DNA of 61,740 nucleotides, counting the filler, from Choristocarpus tenellus KU-1152 (Eukaryota > Protista > Phaeophyceae): the NCBI GenBank assembly GCA_964200185.2. It is 13 parts of 13 records of this genome, joined end to end, with 100 filler letters (N's around TTAATTAATTAA, not from the genome) between each part and the next. Parts side by side here need not be neighbours in the genome. Positions count along the whole stretch, not along the records: positions 35,432 to 39,998 come from CAXNAD020013985.1; positions 40,099 to 43,573 come from CAXNAD020019783.1; positions 43,674 to 46,646 come from CAXNAD020023240.1; positions 46,747 to 49,771 come from CAXNAD020022856.1; positions 49,872 to 52,840 come from CAXNAD020023289.1; 8 more parts are not named here. One strand, written 5' to 3'. The notes beneath the pieces were generated by a model. It did not search any database. It was not told where the DNA came from and saw only the letters and a list, made by a program, of their open reading frames with translations. A program made the translations under genes and the position numbers. Positions 37,094-50,970 of this stretch are shown one piece after another; the first letter of the stretch is position 1; every line of letters starts with the position of its first letter.

Positions 37094-40000
37094 GGGGACA
37101 TTGTTGGACTGTTAGTTTCCAAACAGTACATATTATAGGGAGATATCTTACCTTAAATTGATGGTAACTATCATTGAATCTACAGTTGTCCTTTGTAGTC
37201 AACACAAAGTTTCGGTCTCAGTTTCCTCTCCCCCCTCAAACACATCATCTATCTATCTGTAAAATGTCACAGAGCATAATAAATACTATGTAAGATTTAT
37301 TGGCCACATTTGGTACCCTGATCCATGCGTCCCTACCGCATGTATTACCTTCCTGTTTGATGCTGCGACTGATTTTGTGGTGATGTCGATTGTAGTATTT
37401 CTAGTCCCTGGTTTCTCCATACACAATGGGACACTCCCTCTAGCCCATCATTGTCTTCTTGAATCAGAATACACACTGTTGTATACTTCAAGTATGATAT
37501 AATGCGTCCTAACTATTTGTCCTACCCTCTAACGAGATCGTACAATAAACTATTGGTTGGTGTTGTATGCTTGAAACAGTGCTCACAAGAACACATTTTT
37601 CTGTAACACTAGGTAACATGCACAGTACAGTCAAATTATAATACAAGTATCAATTTTTGAATACTATGTAATTAGTGGGTTGAATTGGGTGGGTACATGT
37701 ATAAAGTACTGTGTGCAACTGCGCGAATGATCATTGTTACATGGATCTATGTGTACGTCATACTATGTATAAGTTATACACACAATACGACATGTCGAGA
37801 TCAACACCAAAACCCAGGATGCTAATCTGCAGTCCGTGTAAAGATATGGATTACTGTATTCTGCTTGCTGCATTGTGCGTAGCAGTCCTCTGGGTACCTT
37901 GATAATTATAGCTCTGGTCCTCTCTTGTCTAGTTCAAGCTCTGCACACCAACAAGCATGATGAAAGATAGTACGTAGAACTATTTTTTGGACGAAAAAAA
38001 TCGAAAGACATAACATTAATAATAGTGTGTGTGAACTTAATTATAGGATTTGTGAATGGAAATTAAGATCATTCAGAACATTGATGATGTATATATAATC
38101 CCTAAAAGTACACTACCAACAGTGACGATGTGTATAATCGCTAAAAAAATATCAGAGTTGAAGGTGGTCCCCATCGGGTTACTTGTAAAGAGTTGCCCCT
38201 GTTGGACATATCATCGATGCCAGCAATCCGTCAACACAACCCTAAGGCAGTCAAAAAGGAGAGGTCTTCCATATGGTATTTGATACAACCTGATCGATGA
38301 AGGTGGCTAGCTACGATATATTGACACCTATGTCTACAATACGAATTCATCCTTCCATTACTAGTGTAAGTTAATTTAGGGAGCATACACGTCTTTATGG
38401 TCGTTATAAGAGTGTACCTTTCGAGATCTTAGCGAGTGTGACAAGTTATCACACTCACTAAAATGATAAATTAATACTGGGTAGTATAATATAATGTATG
38501 TAGAACTCTTACATCATAAGATGTTTCTTCTTCCCGCCACAACATATGGGGTGTGAATGGGGTTGTACTTGCACTGTTATCCCTCATATTGTCACTGCTG
38601 TAACACTTTCTACCTGAAAACACTACTATTAACTATACTACTAAAAGGTCGACACTGGGCACCCCAGTCAACTCTTGCGGCAAACTATACAAGTAATAAG
38701 TTTGCCTACCATTACACGTTACTCAACAGACAACTCACAGAAGAAAGAAAAAAAGATTGCCAGTGAAGGCAAGGGCGTAACGGCAATGCCTCAGTTTTCC
38801 TTGTACCTGGTGGAGTACTGTTCGATACCTCCAGGTTATTTTAAGGATTGAGCCAATCCAAAGGTGGAGAGCAATCTCACAACCAGAGAACAACTGGTTG
38901 TCAAGTCCTCCTCCCTGAGCTGTTCCACTTAGCCACAACATGTTGGTTCTTGAGAGTCCAGGCATGTAGCAGGTTTACAGTGGAGTAACTGTTGGTGTAG
39001 CAATTTTATGTTGCGATTAACGCTTTGATTGGTGAATACTTCACACAACAGTGAACCAATCAACATTTGAATGACCCCACATGGCTGACAGCACAACCAC
39101 TTTCCAAGGTCCTCGAACCAAGAAGAGTTGTTTGAACAGCAATAGACACCATCAGACACCATCTCAGTAAACACATTAGAATTGAATTGAAGCTCTTCAC
39201 AATTGAACATTCACCTATTGGAGATTTGTCATTGATGGATGAATAGTGGTTAATTTTTATTTTTAGTAGTACTTTGGTACTAAAATCGAGGGCATACTAC
39301 TAATAAGCCCATTCTACAGCCTGCTTGGACATAGCTATAACGTATAGATAGGAAGCAGCAAGGCCCCCAAATCACATTCATATTAGTGACTCAAGATCAT
39401 CTCCATAACGGGTTTATCCAGGGCACTTCACACAACCTTTATCATGCAGGGGTTGAAAGGGCAAGTGGCATTGGTCACGCACATCTCCCCGGTGTGTGAG
39501 AAAAGCATACTCAACAGAAATATACAGCACACTCTTCAAGTCTTTTTTCCATGCCCAGGTTCTCTCATTTTTGTTAGCACCCTCTTCACCAAAAACCTCA
39601 AACTCAAAAATAAGCCGAAATAAACCAGTCAGCACAACTGTATACATTCTCATTTAATACATCCATGTATACTTTAAAATGAAAAAAAAAAACTTGCCTT
39701 AAACCTAAGCAGCAGAGTCACTTTTTTCCACGCATCGCACAAAGAACAGAGACAACAGATAACCGTGAACTGGAAGCTTGCCCCCACACTACGCTGTCTC
39801 CCAAATGTTATTTTTAAGGCTTGAAATCACACACACAGCTTGCCTCTTGCCAAGCTTCAGTTTAATTTGACAGTGGCATGCAACAAACAGCACTATCTAC
39901 CAACCTACCCCCCCCCCCCCCCCCCCCCCCCCCCCACCCCCCCCCCCACCCCAAAAAACACCAAAAAAAAAAAAAAAAAACAACACCCACACCACCCANN

Positions 40001-40098
40001 NNNNNNNNNNNNNNNNNNNNNNNNNNNNNNNNNNNNNNNNNNTTAATTAATTAANNNNNNNNNNNNNNNNNNNNNNNNNNNNNNNNNNNNNNNNNNNN

Positions 40099-40164
40099 CA
40101 AAAATCGCGACATAAAAAAATTGACCCCAAATGGACAGCCGCCACCTCCCAGATACTTTCAGTC
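40099..40164 (+). mobile_element. MITE family B right end (contig start)
   Basis: ccccaaatggacagccgccacctcccagatactttcagtc. Confidence 0.85.
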
Positions 40165-40176
40165 AGTGTTTCTCAC

Positions 40177-40722
40177 CTTGTCTGTCCGTGACATCCGAAT
40201 AGTTGGCACTTCAACAAAACTAGCACTCAGCACCTCGAAGGCTTCAGTGACAAAGACGACCTCATCTCCAGCATTGAACATCCCTCCATAGCTCGAGTGG
40301 TGCCTGATGTTCCATTGAATCGTGTCCTTGCGGTGGACAGTGAACGGCAAGAACTCTATACCGTTGTACTCCGATGGCTGCATCCGCACAATGCATATGT
40401 TCCCCTCAGCGAGCTGTCTCTTCTTCCTTGACAGCTGGCTTCTCAGATACATATCGCCCGTTCCTGTTTCCGTGGAAAATCCGAGGTCTATCTCCTTAAG
40501 CGGGGGCATGCGGGTTAGTTGCCACCTACATAGGACCGGGTTGCCGATGGAACAGTTCGTGCAGTAGCGCGGCAGTTCAGTGTCTATCAATGTACGGGAC
40601 TCTTCGGTGGTGCGCTGACCAGTGAAGAACCTATGCATGAACTTGATGCCACCGAGGGTTGGGAAATGTGGGTCGTGTTGCCCCACGTGGTTGATCTTGT
40701 AAGCCGGGAGATGGATTATCTC
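40177..40722 (-). CDS. 546-bp exon of unknown protein, possibly the C-terminal Cys region of a DNA transposase
   Basis: aacacag|GAG ... AAG|gtgaga, phase 0-0, 182 aa; contains FPTLGGIKFMHRF and LPRYCTNCSIGNPVLC. Confidence 0.5.
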
Positions 40723-41027
40723 CTGTGTTTGAAACATGTCGATGTATAGAAGTTTTGTAGACGTGTTACTGTGCTGTCTTCTGTCCCTGTCCGTCCATTC
40801 CTAAGGGTTGTGGTGATTATGCATATAATCGGAGGGGTGGTATGTGTTGGGTTCAGTGCTGGTACTGTGGCGCCGTCCTGTGACCGATTCGATGTGATGA
40901 CTTTTTCTTTGGAGTGGTCTGTGCTACTTATTCCTGGAACAAGCGTTTGGCAAATGGCAGATGTCAATATGTGATGAAAACCAAAACTTGGAGTTTTGGG
41001 TTAGTTTGACGCTTTGCAGACTTCTGG

Positions 41028-41810
41028 AAAATAGAGGGCGATATGATTGTAAGTGTGCACGGACGGTGAGCGGTCGATTAAGAAGAGAGTATGTGCGATT
41101 ATCATGTTGCTCGTGGTGTCGACGTAAAGGGAAGGCATGGATGTGACATAATAGGCCAACGATATCTATTGTGTGTTTAGTGTATGGCTTAGCAAGGGGC
41201 GGGAGGGGGTAGTCTGTCGCCAGTGGCAAACAGGGATCGATTATTGTGAGTGAGGGGAATCATGTATGCACTACATGTGCTATGTATTCCTGCAACAAGC
41301 GATGGGTACATGCCCGACGTTGATACATGAAAGAAAACAATAACTTGGAGCTTAACTCGAGTTTGCCGATTGGTAGACCTATTCAAAATAGAGGGCGATG
41401 AGTGCAAGTGTGCACGGACAGTGTGCAGTCGATTGAGAAGTGCGATATGTGATTAGCACGTTGTGCGTGGTGTCGATGAGAAGGGTAGGCATGGATTTGA
41501 TGTAATAGTTCAACAATATTTATTGCTTGTTTAGTGTATAGGTTGGCAAGGGGCGAGAGGGGTGAGTCTGTCGCCAGTGGGAAATAGAGGGTCAAAGTAT
41601 CTGGTGGGGGGGGGGGTGGTTTGCGAGGGGGCGTCCGTTTTGGTCAAACAATTCTTTTTTTTGCTGACATTTCAAATCTGACACGTGCGACCAAATCACA
41701 ATAAAAAAGTGAAAATCTAAAAAAGGGTGAAAAACGGATGCTGACACCCACCCCAGATACTTTGACCCAGAGGCCAATTATTGCGGGTGGGGGGGATCGC
41801 ACACGTCGTG
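41028..41810. repeat. Diverged ~240-bp direct repeat (about 41028-41265 and 41386-41810); the second copy is interrupted by MITE B
   Basis: aaatagagggcgat..aagtgtgcacggac..gtctgtcgccagtgg..attattg in both copies. Confidence 0.85.
41589..41768. mobile_element. MITE family B variant, full copy
   Basis: GGGTCAAAGTATCTGG ... CCAGATACTTTGACCC; TSD AGA, supported by the empty paralogous site. Confidence 0.92.
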
Positions 41811-42788
41811 TATATGCTACCTGTTCCTGTCCGAAAACGCCCCGGTTAGAATATCCTGAAAAGGATTGGCTCACATATGTGGGCACTCGCGAGCGACATC
41901 AAATAGGTTACGAATACATCCCATGAACCATGTAGGGTGAAGTGAATTGAGGTGTCTGTTGTACGGTAAAGTGTGCGCCTTGATCTGAATTTTTGGAAGT
42001 AATTGACAAATGCTTGGTGTGTGTCACCCCCAAAAATATTGGTGTATGTATGTACTGCAATTGACATGTTCTGTCGTACGGTAAAACTATTGTGTAGGAT
42101 GGGTTTTGGGTGGAAGGGATACCCAACGTTTCATGTGGTGTAGTAGGTCTATACATATCCCCAGATGCACATACCATTTTTGGGACCTCCTTCTCTACGG
42201 GGGATATGAGATTGTGCTTGAGTTGTTGGAAAATCGAGGATGATGGATTGGAGGAGTGTGCCTTCAAATAAGTTGTTATGTGGACCACCGCAACCTTTCC
42301 CGTTGTTTGTCGTATGGTAAAGTATGGAAAAATGACATGAGGCAAGTGGATGAAGGAAGACCGAAACTTATGTTGGCATAAGTTCGGGATTGCAAGGGTT
42401 AGGGATGGTGTTGGGGTCGAGTCTCTTTTGACAGTGCCCTTATTTTGACATGCGTGTGTGGTGTAGAAGGGTTTCTCTTGAACGTTGAGTAAAATACAGA
42501 GTGAGTGCCGTGACGTGCGAGTGTTACACTAGTACATTTGTCGTCAGGGCAATCGTTGGAAGGTGCTTTTCCCTCTCCAGGTTTCCTCCTCCGTTGATTC
42601 CCCAACGCTGCCTGTTGATATGATAGGACCTGGAATTGACGTTCATTTCTTATCTGCTACGTCCATGATAGGATAAGGAATGACAATGTAGTTCCTTTTC
42701 CAATCACCTGTTCTTCGCATTGAAGCAGTTAGGCTTTATCCTAGGCGAGGCATGTTGCAGGCGATAAGTCTTGATGGCGGTTTCATAA

Positions 42789-43047
42789 GATTGAAAGTAT
42801 CTTAGAGGGTACGAGTTTTTGCCCTGTTTGTCCGTTTGAGCCTTGCCTTCCCATAGTCTTTTTTATGACATTTTCCTACTCCAAAATATTTCGGAGTAGG
42901 TAAAATGTATACGTTATAAAAGGTGTTTCCAGATCAAGGATATTGACACTTCCTAACAAACACGATAGCCAAAATTAACCCAAAATCGCAACATTGGATT
43001 GTGACCCCCAAATGGACGCCGCTGTACCCTCTAAGATAATTTGGCTC
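42789..43047 (+). mobile_element. MITE family A, full copy
   Basis: Same TIRs and body; TSD TAA. Confidence 0.93.
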
Positions 43048-43516
43048 TAAACGCCATTATGACATTGAAGTCCTAGATTTGAAATATTAGTACTTCTTGA
43101 CTACATATTTATTATTTGGTTATTATCCTGCCCCCAGGTGGTACATCGTTGCCAGTTCCTTTCACGATGATATTTACACTTACGAAGGGAATAATCCAAG
43201 TGAGAGATCCAGCCTACTTGACGACTTGTGTGTGCATCAGGAGTCCTGTACGTGCATCAGTGCCATCTGTCGACTTGTAGACTGGAGCTATACATCGCGT
43301 GGGGGTCAGCTTATGGAGCGTGCTGCAACACAAGATCTGACACTTTTGACCTGTAGATTAAATTATTACTTGATAGATACCTTTTTTTTCACAACCTGGT
43401 TTATCATCTTTGCAATAGTCCCAAAAAGGCAGCAAGTAGTCAGTGAAGAAAGTAGTATTTTCTTCTTCATATGCCCCTAGGAAGGCATCAAACGCAATAG
43501 GTTGATATCACGGTTC

Positions 43517-43573
43517 ACCGCAAAGTATCTTAGAGGGTAGAGCTGCGTCCATCGGGGGGCCAAAACCCAACGT
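43517..43573 (-). mobile_element. MITE family A end (truncated by contig end)
   Basis: caaagtatcttagagggtagagctgcgtccat. Confidence 0.8.
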
Positions 43574-43673
43574 NNNNNNNNNNNNNNNNNNNNNNNNNNN
43601 NNNNNNNNNNNNNNNNNTTAATTAATTAANNNNNNNNNNNNNNNNNNNNNNNNNNNNNNNNNNNNNNNNNNNN

Positions 43674-43777
43674 TTTGGTTCTTACGTCAAATGGAAAAAT
43701 TTAGTTAACTTTTTCTTTGTATGAACCAAATTGGCCCCCTGGTGCCGCCCCCCCCCCCCCCCCAGATACTTTGGTTC
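43674..43777. mobile_element. MITE family B-related end at contig start (similar ends at 46747-46854, 52810-52840, 57374-57407)
   Basis: Poly-C followed by CAGATACTTTG TIR. Confidence 0.7.
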
Positions 43778-45866
43778 AATACCATATAGGTTTGTACGCA
43801 CAGCAGGACGGAAAAGGGGTGAGGGTCCTGCCAAAGTGACAGTGTAAAGGGTAGGTGGGGATGAATAGTAGAGTGCGCCGTTTATGTCACTAACATGTTT
43901 ATCCCATGGAGTTCACGACAACAAGAGAAAAGATAATAGGTCAGGTTAGAGGTAGTGTACCTGTGACAATAAGGTAAAGTACAGATAACATATGGCTTGA
44001 AATGTAGAGCTGGGGCAGATATCAGGTCTATATCGATCGGCAATGGAGTATGTGGGTTGTTGTACGCTGCCTTTATGGTTCACCCTAACCCATATGGCAA
44101 GAAAAATCGAACAGCATGGGCTCATCGTAGGATTATGTAGAGGGGACCACCCCATACCAGGCTCACGCATGGAAGGTACGAGGCTAGAAATGGGATGTTT
44201 ATTAGGCATAGGTACCCTGTGAATCAACGGTTATGTCAATATGAGTATTTGCTTTTTTAGGTGAAGCGACTGCCACGAAATTAAGTGGAGATATTTTCAG
44301 AGTACTTAATGAGGATACGGGGTAGGTGGGGATTTGACGTGGAGTGAATGCCATGAAAGTAAGAATTGGGGATTGGGAGTAGATATACGATCGGAGAGAT
44401 GATAAAAAACGAGATGCGATAGTTAAAAGGAAGGGATTGGGTGAGAGAATCATATTGGAAAATATGTATGCAAAGAAGAGTATTCCAGTATAAAGAAGGG
44501 GGAAGGCGAATGATTAACCGTAGCTCCTGCACCAACCTGCGTAAAAAAAAGTTGAGTTGACCTTGTCGATAAAGGGCTACAGCTTAAAATGGTAGGCATT
44601 TGAGGGCTAACTCTACGAAAGATTCGTGGGCATCATTTCTACAATGATGAACAAATCACGACAGTGAAGGAAAGTGATAAAAGAAGGTATAGTGCCTTAT
44701 AGTGAGATAATCCGTTTAAGTCAATAAAAGGGGTGGGAGGGGGGGAGAGAGATTCGGGTCACAACAAAAAAGAAAAACAGATACGATGGGAGGGCATGAA
44801 CGTCTCCAACACTTCGAGTTGCACAAGGAGTGGAAATAGATGTCTTCAATTGAAAGGAAGATAAATGGATAATAGGCGGCAGTCCTCTCGTTAATATTAA
44901 ATGATAAATATATACTTGTATATTTATTGAAAAAAAAAATGCACTTTGCTGATCACAAGTATATAATGTAACGATGAATGTCTCACATCCTAGTCAACTC
45001 ACCGGCATCTACGACTCGTCTAGACTAATACATGCAAAATGCATGTTCGAGTCCTTACAGAACCCACCCAGAATAGTCTCTACCAGATTACGCAAAACAA
45101 TGCCGAGGAGGGTACATGACCAATGTTTGAGCAATGGGTTGATCCTTGACTAGGGGTGGGAAAATGGACTTGAGAATATAGGTACGGCACAGACACTGGG
45201 CGGAGGTGATCCCCAACAATCTTTCCAAGGTAACAGAAGTTCAATAACTTACAGAAGGGGGGGGGAGGAGGGGGGGGGTAGACCTATGAAACTTCTAATC
45301 AAAACCGGTGGAAACTGTGTCAAAGCATTAAGTGTTGCAGATTCAATCTCAAACTGTAAAAAAAAAGAGAAAAAGAAAAAGAAAGAAACTAAAAGAGGAA
45401 TTCAATGTCAAAGATATAAGGAGTGTGTGATTAGTCGAGAATTGGGACACCAAGTGTAAGGAGGCATAGCCGCAAGTGATAGAACCCAAAAAAACGTCAA
45501 TGGACTTTATGCAGGGGTAATATACCATACCCCGAGGATAGTTCACCGGAGACTAGGTGGCATGGGCACATGAAGTTTTACTCCAAATCTATGTGGAAGG
45601 AAATTTAGGGAGGTCATAGATCCCGCGAGTCTGCCTTGGGGATCTTTTTGGCTGCTGGCTACCCGTTGGGACTATGCCAGGAGGGGGGCTGCTTGAGTAG
45701 ACTAGTGGGAAGGGGGAGGGTCAGAGGGGACAGACATAGACCAGGGATTAGATTCTCAGGGGAAGGATAGTGGACTCAAGTATGACAGCCCATGAGGGTG
45801 GTCAGAGTACAGAGTGCTTTACAGAACTAGGAAGCTACAACGGGTAGATGGGTAAGTGGGGGAGGT

Positions 45867-46037
45867 GTTACAGGCGAATAACGCGAGCATTTCTTCTTGT
45901 GTTCCAATGAAGTGCGAGCATTTGTTACACGCGAATAGCGCGAGCTTTTCTTCTCATGTTTTAGCAAGCACGAACATTTGTGACAGACGTATAGTGTGAG
46001 GATTGTTTCTCGTGTTCTAACCAGTGCGAACAATATA
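45867..46037 (+). repeat. 3 x ~57-bp diverged tandem repeat (family E)
   Basis: Units start gttacaggcgaata (45867), gttacacgcgaata (45924), gtgacagacgtata (45980). Confidence 0.8.
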
Positions 46038-49000
46038 TGATATTAGTAACACATGGGTAGCCTTACAGCGTAAATGATGATTTCATAGAAGATACAGAGT
46101 AAGATCCGAAATGCATACGTAACATTACAGAAGAACATGTCAAAGTCCCTAAGAAGTTGCAGAAGAAAGGTTAATGATTGGAGTACGTGTAGAGCAGTTG
46201 CATAGAAGACCAAAGAAATTGGGTGGATGATGAAAATAATAAGAGGGATTTTGGCCAAAGTCATCCCACATGCTTTCAGTCCTCATCTTTATCTTGAACG
46301 AAACTTTGAGTCGAGGTTTGAGCTAAGCACTGAGTGGAATATCAAGAGAGAAGGATACCTGAGACCCTACAAACTGTTATCAAGGGTAACGTTCCCATAG
46401 CGTCGTTTTAAGGTCGTTGGATTTGAGTTGCATATCTGTGGAGGTACGTTCTGAGGGGCACGCTGTAACATGGAGGTCCTACCGAGACTTCCACCCCGTA
46501 ACAGAGGTATGAGAACCCAGAGTGCGTCAAGAAAGATATCAATTGAGGGGGGATGAAAAGAGAGGGGAGTACCAATCATCGTGTTAGAATGGTCGGGGAA
46601 GGTAGTGAATGAAGGGGTAGTGGTATCGAAGATAGGGAAAAGGATANNNNNNNNNNNNNNNNNNNNNNNNNNNNNNNNNNNNNNNNNNNNTTAATTAATT
46701 AANNNNNNNNNNNNNNNNNNNNNNNNNNNNNNNNNNNNNNNNNNNNAAGCGAAAAACGGCAAAGGGCGTTTTGGGGGGGCGGGGTTCCCCGTGTTGCCCC
46801 CCCCCTTGTTGTGGGGGCCCCCCCCCCCCCCCCCCCATCCAGTTACTTTGGGTCTCATCCTTTTTCAGAGGAGACGATGCCACCGAAACTTGACCATTGT
46901 GAGATGACGATGAGAGTGTGGAGGGCATGGGCAAGGTAAAAAATAGTCTATATCCAAAAAATATCAAGATGACACTTTTTCTGAAAACCCAGGGCCAGCA
47001 ACAGAAAAGCGTTCATGTCTGTCCACATCGCAAGGTACTGACTGCCATGAATGATGCGTCCCTCCCTGTTACGGTAGTTAACCTTCTGAGTACATGATCC
47101 TAATATTATCCCCATGGTAAAAGATTATTTAATCTGACGCCCCCAGAGCCCTTGAGTTATGATGATATTTTTTGTAATGGTAACATTTCTTGGGATATCA
47201 ATTTCTTGTTGAATCGTAAAATTCAGGATAACCCTAAGCACTACTCATCTTAAACTCTTACAAATAGGATATATACTGTTTCATTCTATACATTTAGATA
47301 ATATGGGCAAGATAAAAAGGTCTAGGATTGATTGACATGTAGCATCTCTTACGAGGGCAAAACATTTAGGGGCAAATTGCTCAACAAAGGTCAGATGTCC
47401 AAATACCACCCAATTCAATTTGCTCCACAAAAGCTTAAGCCTGTTGTCTAGCACTGTGCTTACATTTGGCATCTCTTGTCAGGGCAACCCTCAGCACCAT
47501 TTGCACTTTAACATCCACTGTGCAACAAACGCCCAACCCCATGTGCTTTGCATAGTGTCATTAACCTATCTAGCACAGTGCTTGGAGCCAAATGGTCTCC
47601 AACACCCATGGTTCAACAAATGTTCAAGTCAACCCTGCTGGTAACATCTCACTATCGAAATTGCTTTCGTGGTCATTTGTTGTAGAGCGTCCATTACCTG
47701 AACCATACTTCGTTGGGGACAACACAAAAAGGTGGTTTACCTTGTCCCATGTGGTTGTGAGAGTGTCTCAAGTTTTCAAACATGTTCAAGATTCACATTT
47801 CCTATCAGTTGCATCAGTGCGTATTGGCCCCTGCTCTCCTCCAAGGACCACTCTTCAAGACATTAATCACACCACTGTTCCAGCTCCAGCAAGATGATGA
47901 ATCCTCTTCTCTTCTATCTTAAAAAAGGCAACCATCCCCCCTGGTTGTGTGTATGGCTCTGCCAGGTCGTATAATTTTACAATCATATGATAAGGGAATG
48001 TCAGACTGGAGACAATTTCACCAATTGACAAAAAAATAAAAAACTCTTTTAAAATCGAGTTGATACCCCTGTTACCACCTCTTCAAAATTCACACAAACA
48101 AATCAACAGTAACCCTGAGGTCTTTATATACAATTGAAAAAAGGTTGTATGTTGGCAACCGTTCAGCAATTGTGGTCATCACTAAATACAGCAACCATAT
48201 CACCGGTGGCACAAAAATTACAGCCCACAAACATCATGCAAAAAATACTAACAACAAAAAACATCCTCCTGATCCTCCTGACAAGTCTTGATGCTCACAG
48301 TATCTCAGCTTGTAGCACCCATCAGCAATTGCATCATACACAACACAGTACACACACCCTCAAAAATCACATTTCACCTGCTGCAAAGGTATCATCTAAA
48401 CAAAGCATTGCCCTCCCAGTGGGAACATTATGTCTAGACTCACCATGCCCATACCAACACAAGTCAGACACCAAGGGAACCTGATTCCCAGGAACTCAGG
48501 CTAGCACCATCATGCCTGCCAAGGGCCACCACTGCGGCTTGATGAGGTTTTCCTGATAGGGCAAGACAGATGCCATCAGCATCCATGATAGAGGGGACAT
48601 GACCACTCTCAATCTGATCGAGGTAGTCAATCACAGCCTGCATGCAACGAGGGATGCAGAGTAGACCAGGGTGAAAAAAAGAAAAAGAAAAAAGTGTTCT
48701 GTGACGAACAAGAAAAAAATCCCGGCTTCAGAAGAGCAGAGGACTTTGAACATCTTCATTTCATGGTATCGAACATTTTTGTGCTGAGCGACCAAGGGGC
48801 TTGAACTGAATTTAATAAAACCTCCATGGACTCCCAGGATGTGCAGCCTCTTGCCCAATTGATCGCTATTCCCAACAGTAACAGGATATCAATCTGCATC
48901 CTCATTTCTCAGTGACGCGGACATATCACAAGTACACTACGACCAAACCGCACTAAAGACAAACAAACAAAAAATATCAACAGAAGAAACATACCAGTAA

Positions 49001-50808
49001 GATAAAATGAATGAAAGATTCGATGAGGCAATGTTGACCGTCCAAAAACGAAAATATAAACCAAGAAGGAGAATGCCGTTACCCTACCCACCAGACCCAA
49101 CATTAGAATTTCAAAGCTCGCCAAATTCACCTATAAAACTTCCAAGAGGAGGAACACCATAAAAGCACATCAAAAAGATACAGTGGAACCACTCCTGGCG
49201 TCCATGTTGATATTTCCCGGATTTTGAAAATACAAGGCCACAACATCATTACTGTCACTGCTTGAGTTAAGTCGCTGTTAAAATAGGAAAGAAAGACCAT
49301 TCTTCTAATGATAGGCTGATGTTTCATCAGGAAAATTCCCCATCTTTGCCAAGAAAGAAGATGAGAAAAGCACATAGATAGAATATCATGACATGTAACC
49401 TCAACAATGGATGTAAGTAAATTTGACAAAAATCACCAACACCTGCTAGTGTAGTCATTCCGCATCTTTGACAAAACCATCTATTGTGTACCCTGAATAC
49501 CACCAAGACCATGAGGGTTGCAAGGGGGGGGATCATCTAAGAGGGAAGTGTCATTGAGTTTCAAGGGATCCTATGTCTACCTTGTGGTGCATGTGTCTAA
49601 TTGACCACTGTGGAGGTCACCTTCAGCCACCATCATATTCATATCTAATTCTGTTCTTCCAAGGTCACAATGTCCTGAGGAGTGTAAGCTGCATTTCAGG
49701 TGCAGTAACAGCAAAAAAATGCGCAAATTCTCGAAAAGGCCTTGATGACTCAGAAGGGTCAAAATCCCCCCNNNNNNNNNNNNNNNNNNNNNNNNNNNNN
49801 NNNNNNNNNNNNNNNTTAATTAATTAANNNNNNNNNNNNNNNNNNNNNNNNNNNNNNNNNNNNNNNNNNNNGGCATAATAATATTAAATATATATGTCGT
49901 TGTTAGCCCTAAGGAAATAAAATATCCTAAACGTGAGAACACTACAAAATACTGTGTGGAAACCACTATCAAATATTGTACTACTGTCTTCCTGTGCTTC
50001 CCATCTATGGGGAGCTAGGGAGGTATCGCAAGAATCCAAATATATTTATCTATAGTTGACCTTCATTTTACCGAGTCACTTTAAAACTATCCAGATCTTT
50101 CTTTGTGTCAGTTTGTATGGTTTAATAGAAGATAGAAAGGTACATACACCAACCAATACACTTCCCCTCTGATTAATTGAAGTCAAATTTAGACATTTGT
50201 GTATTTCTACATTTCCATTTTTGAACCCTGGGTATACTTGTTACACAGTCTGCGTGGAGAACAACATGACGTACACGTACCAGTTGAGTAGGGGAGACGG
50301 GACGAAGGAATTGTGAACAAGAGTAGTGGTTCCAAAATATGCTACACTGTCTTTGGTCAACAAAAAGGACCAGAGCCACCAGACTAGTCGACAACATTCC
50401 GATTTTTGCATTTATGAGATGGATTATAGTGCATATCTTTGTATATCTTATAGATTATCAATATTTTCGAACAATGCTGTCAGAGATATGTACCAATTGC
50501 TTTCTGATAATTTTTTTGGATCAAGGTCTATATCACAATATATCAACCTACATATCTTCATCATATCAACATCTTTTTAGGAAGCAGCAAGAACCCATGC
50601 AGAAATTTGGGTTTTTGAGAAGGCTTCTGGATATTGGAGATTTTTCAAGCATTCAAGAAGAGAGAGATACGCCACCCTAGAACAAGTACAGGGTCTTGGA
50701 CATTTTGCAGATTGACATCATCTCACAGCATAACGAGAAACTGTGTTAAAATTAGGGTATTTAAAAGCTTGCTACAAATCCCTATCCAAACATCGATCAA
50801 CTTCTGCC

Positions 50809-50970
50809 ATGGCCTCACACTCAGTTGTGGGAAACTCTCTCAGTCTACCTACTGTTGAGCTAGATGAGGATGCTGTCCAGAAGTACGTTGCCATCGAGGC
50901 TAGAGTGGATAGACTAGGAACCTCCCCTACTCTCCTAATCAGAGGGTCTCGGCGAGCGGAATACCACAAG
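50809..50970 (+). CDS. Exon 1 of Janus/Ocnus-family 14-kDa phosphohistidine phosphatase (PHPT1-like)
   Basis: MASHSVVGNSLSLPTVELDEDAVQKYVAIEARVDRLGTSPTLLIRGSRRAEYHK|gtgggc matches the PxVDID..FKYVLI..IVRG..AEYH signature, including the catalytic His. Confidence 0.8.

Noticed and set aside
38735-39215. Cys-rich minus-strand ORFs with possible splice sites
   Set aside because: Internal stops and no recognisable family.
46850-49771. Possible decayed TE coding region
   Set aside because: Only short broken frames; no motif identified.
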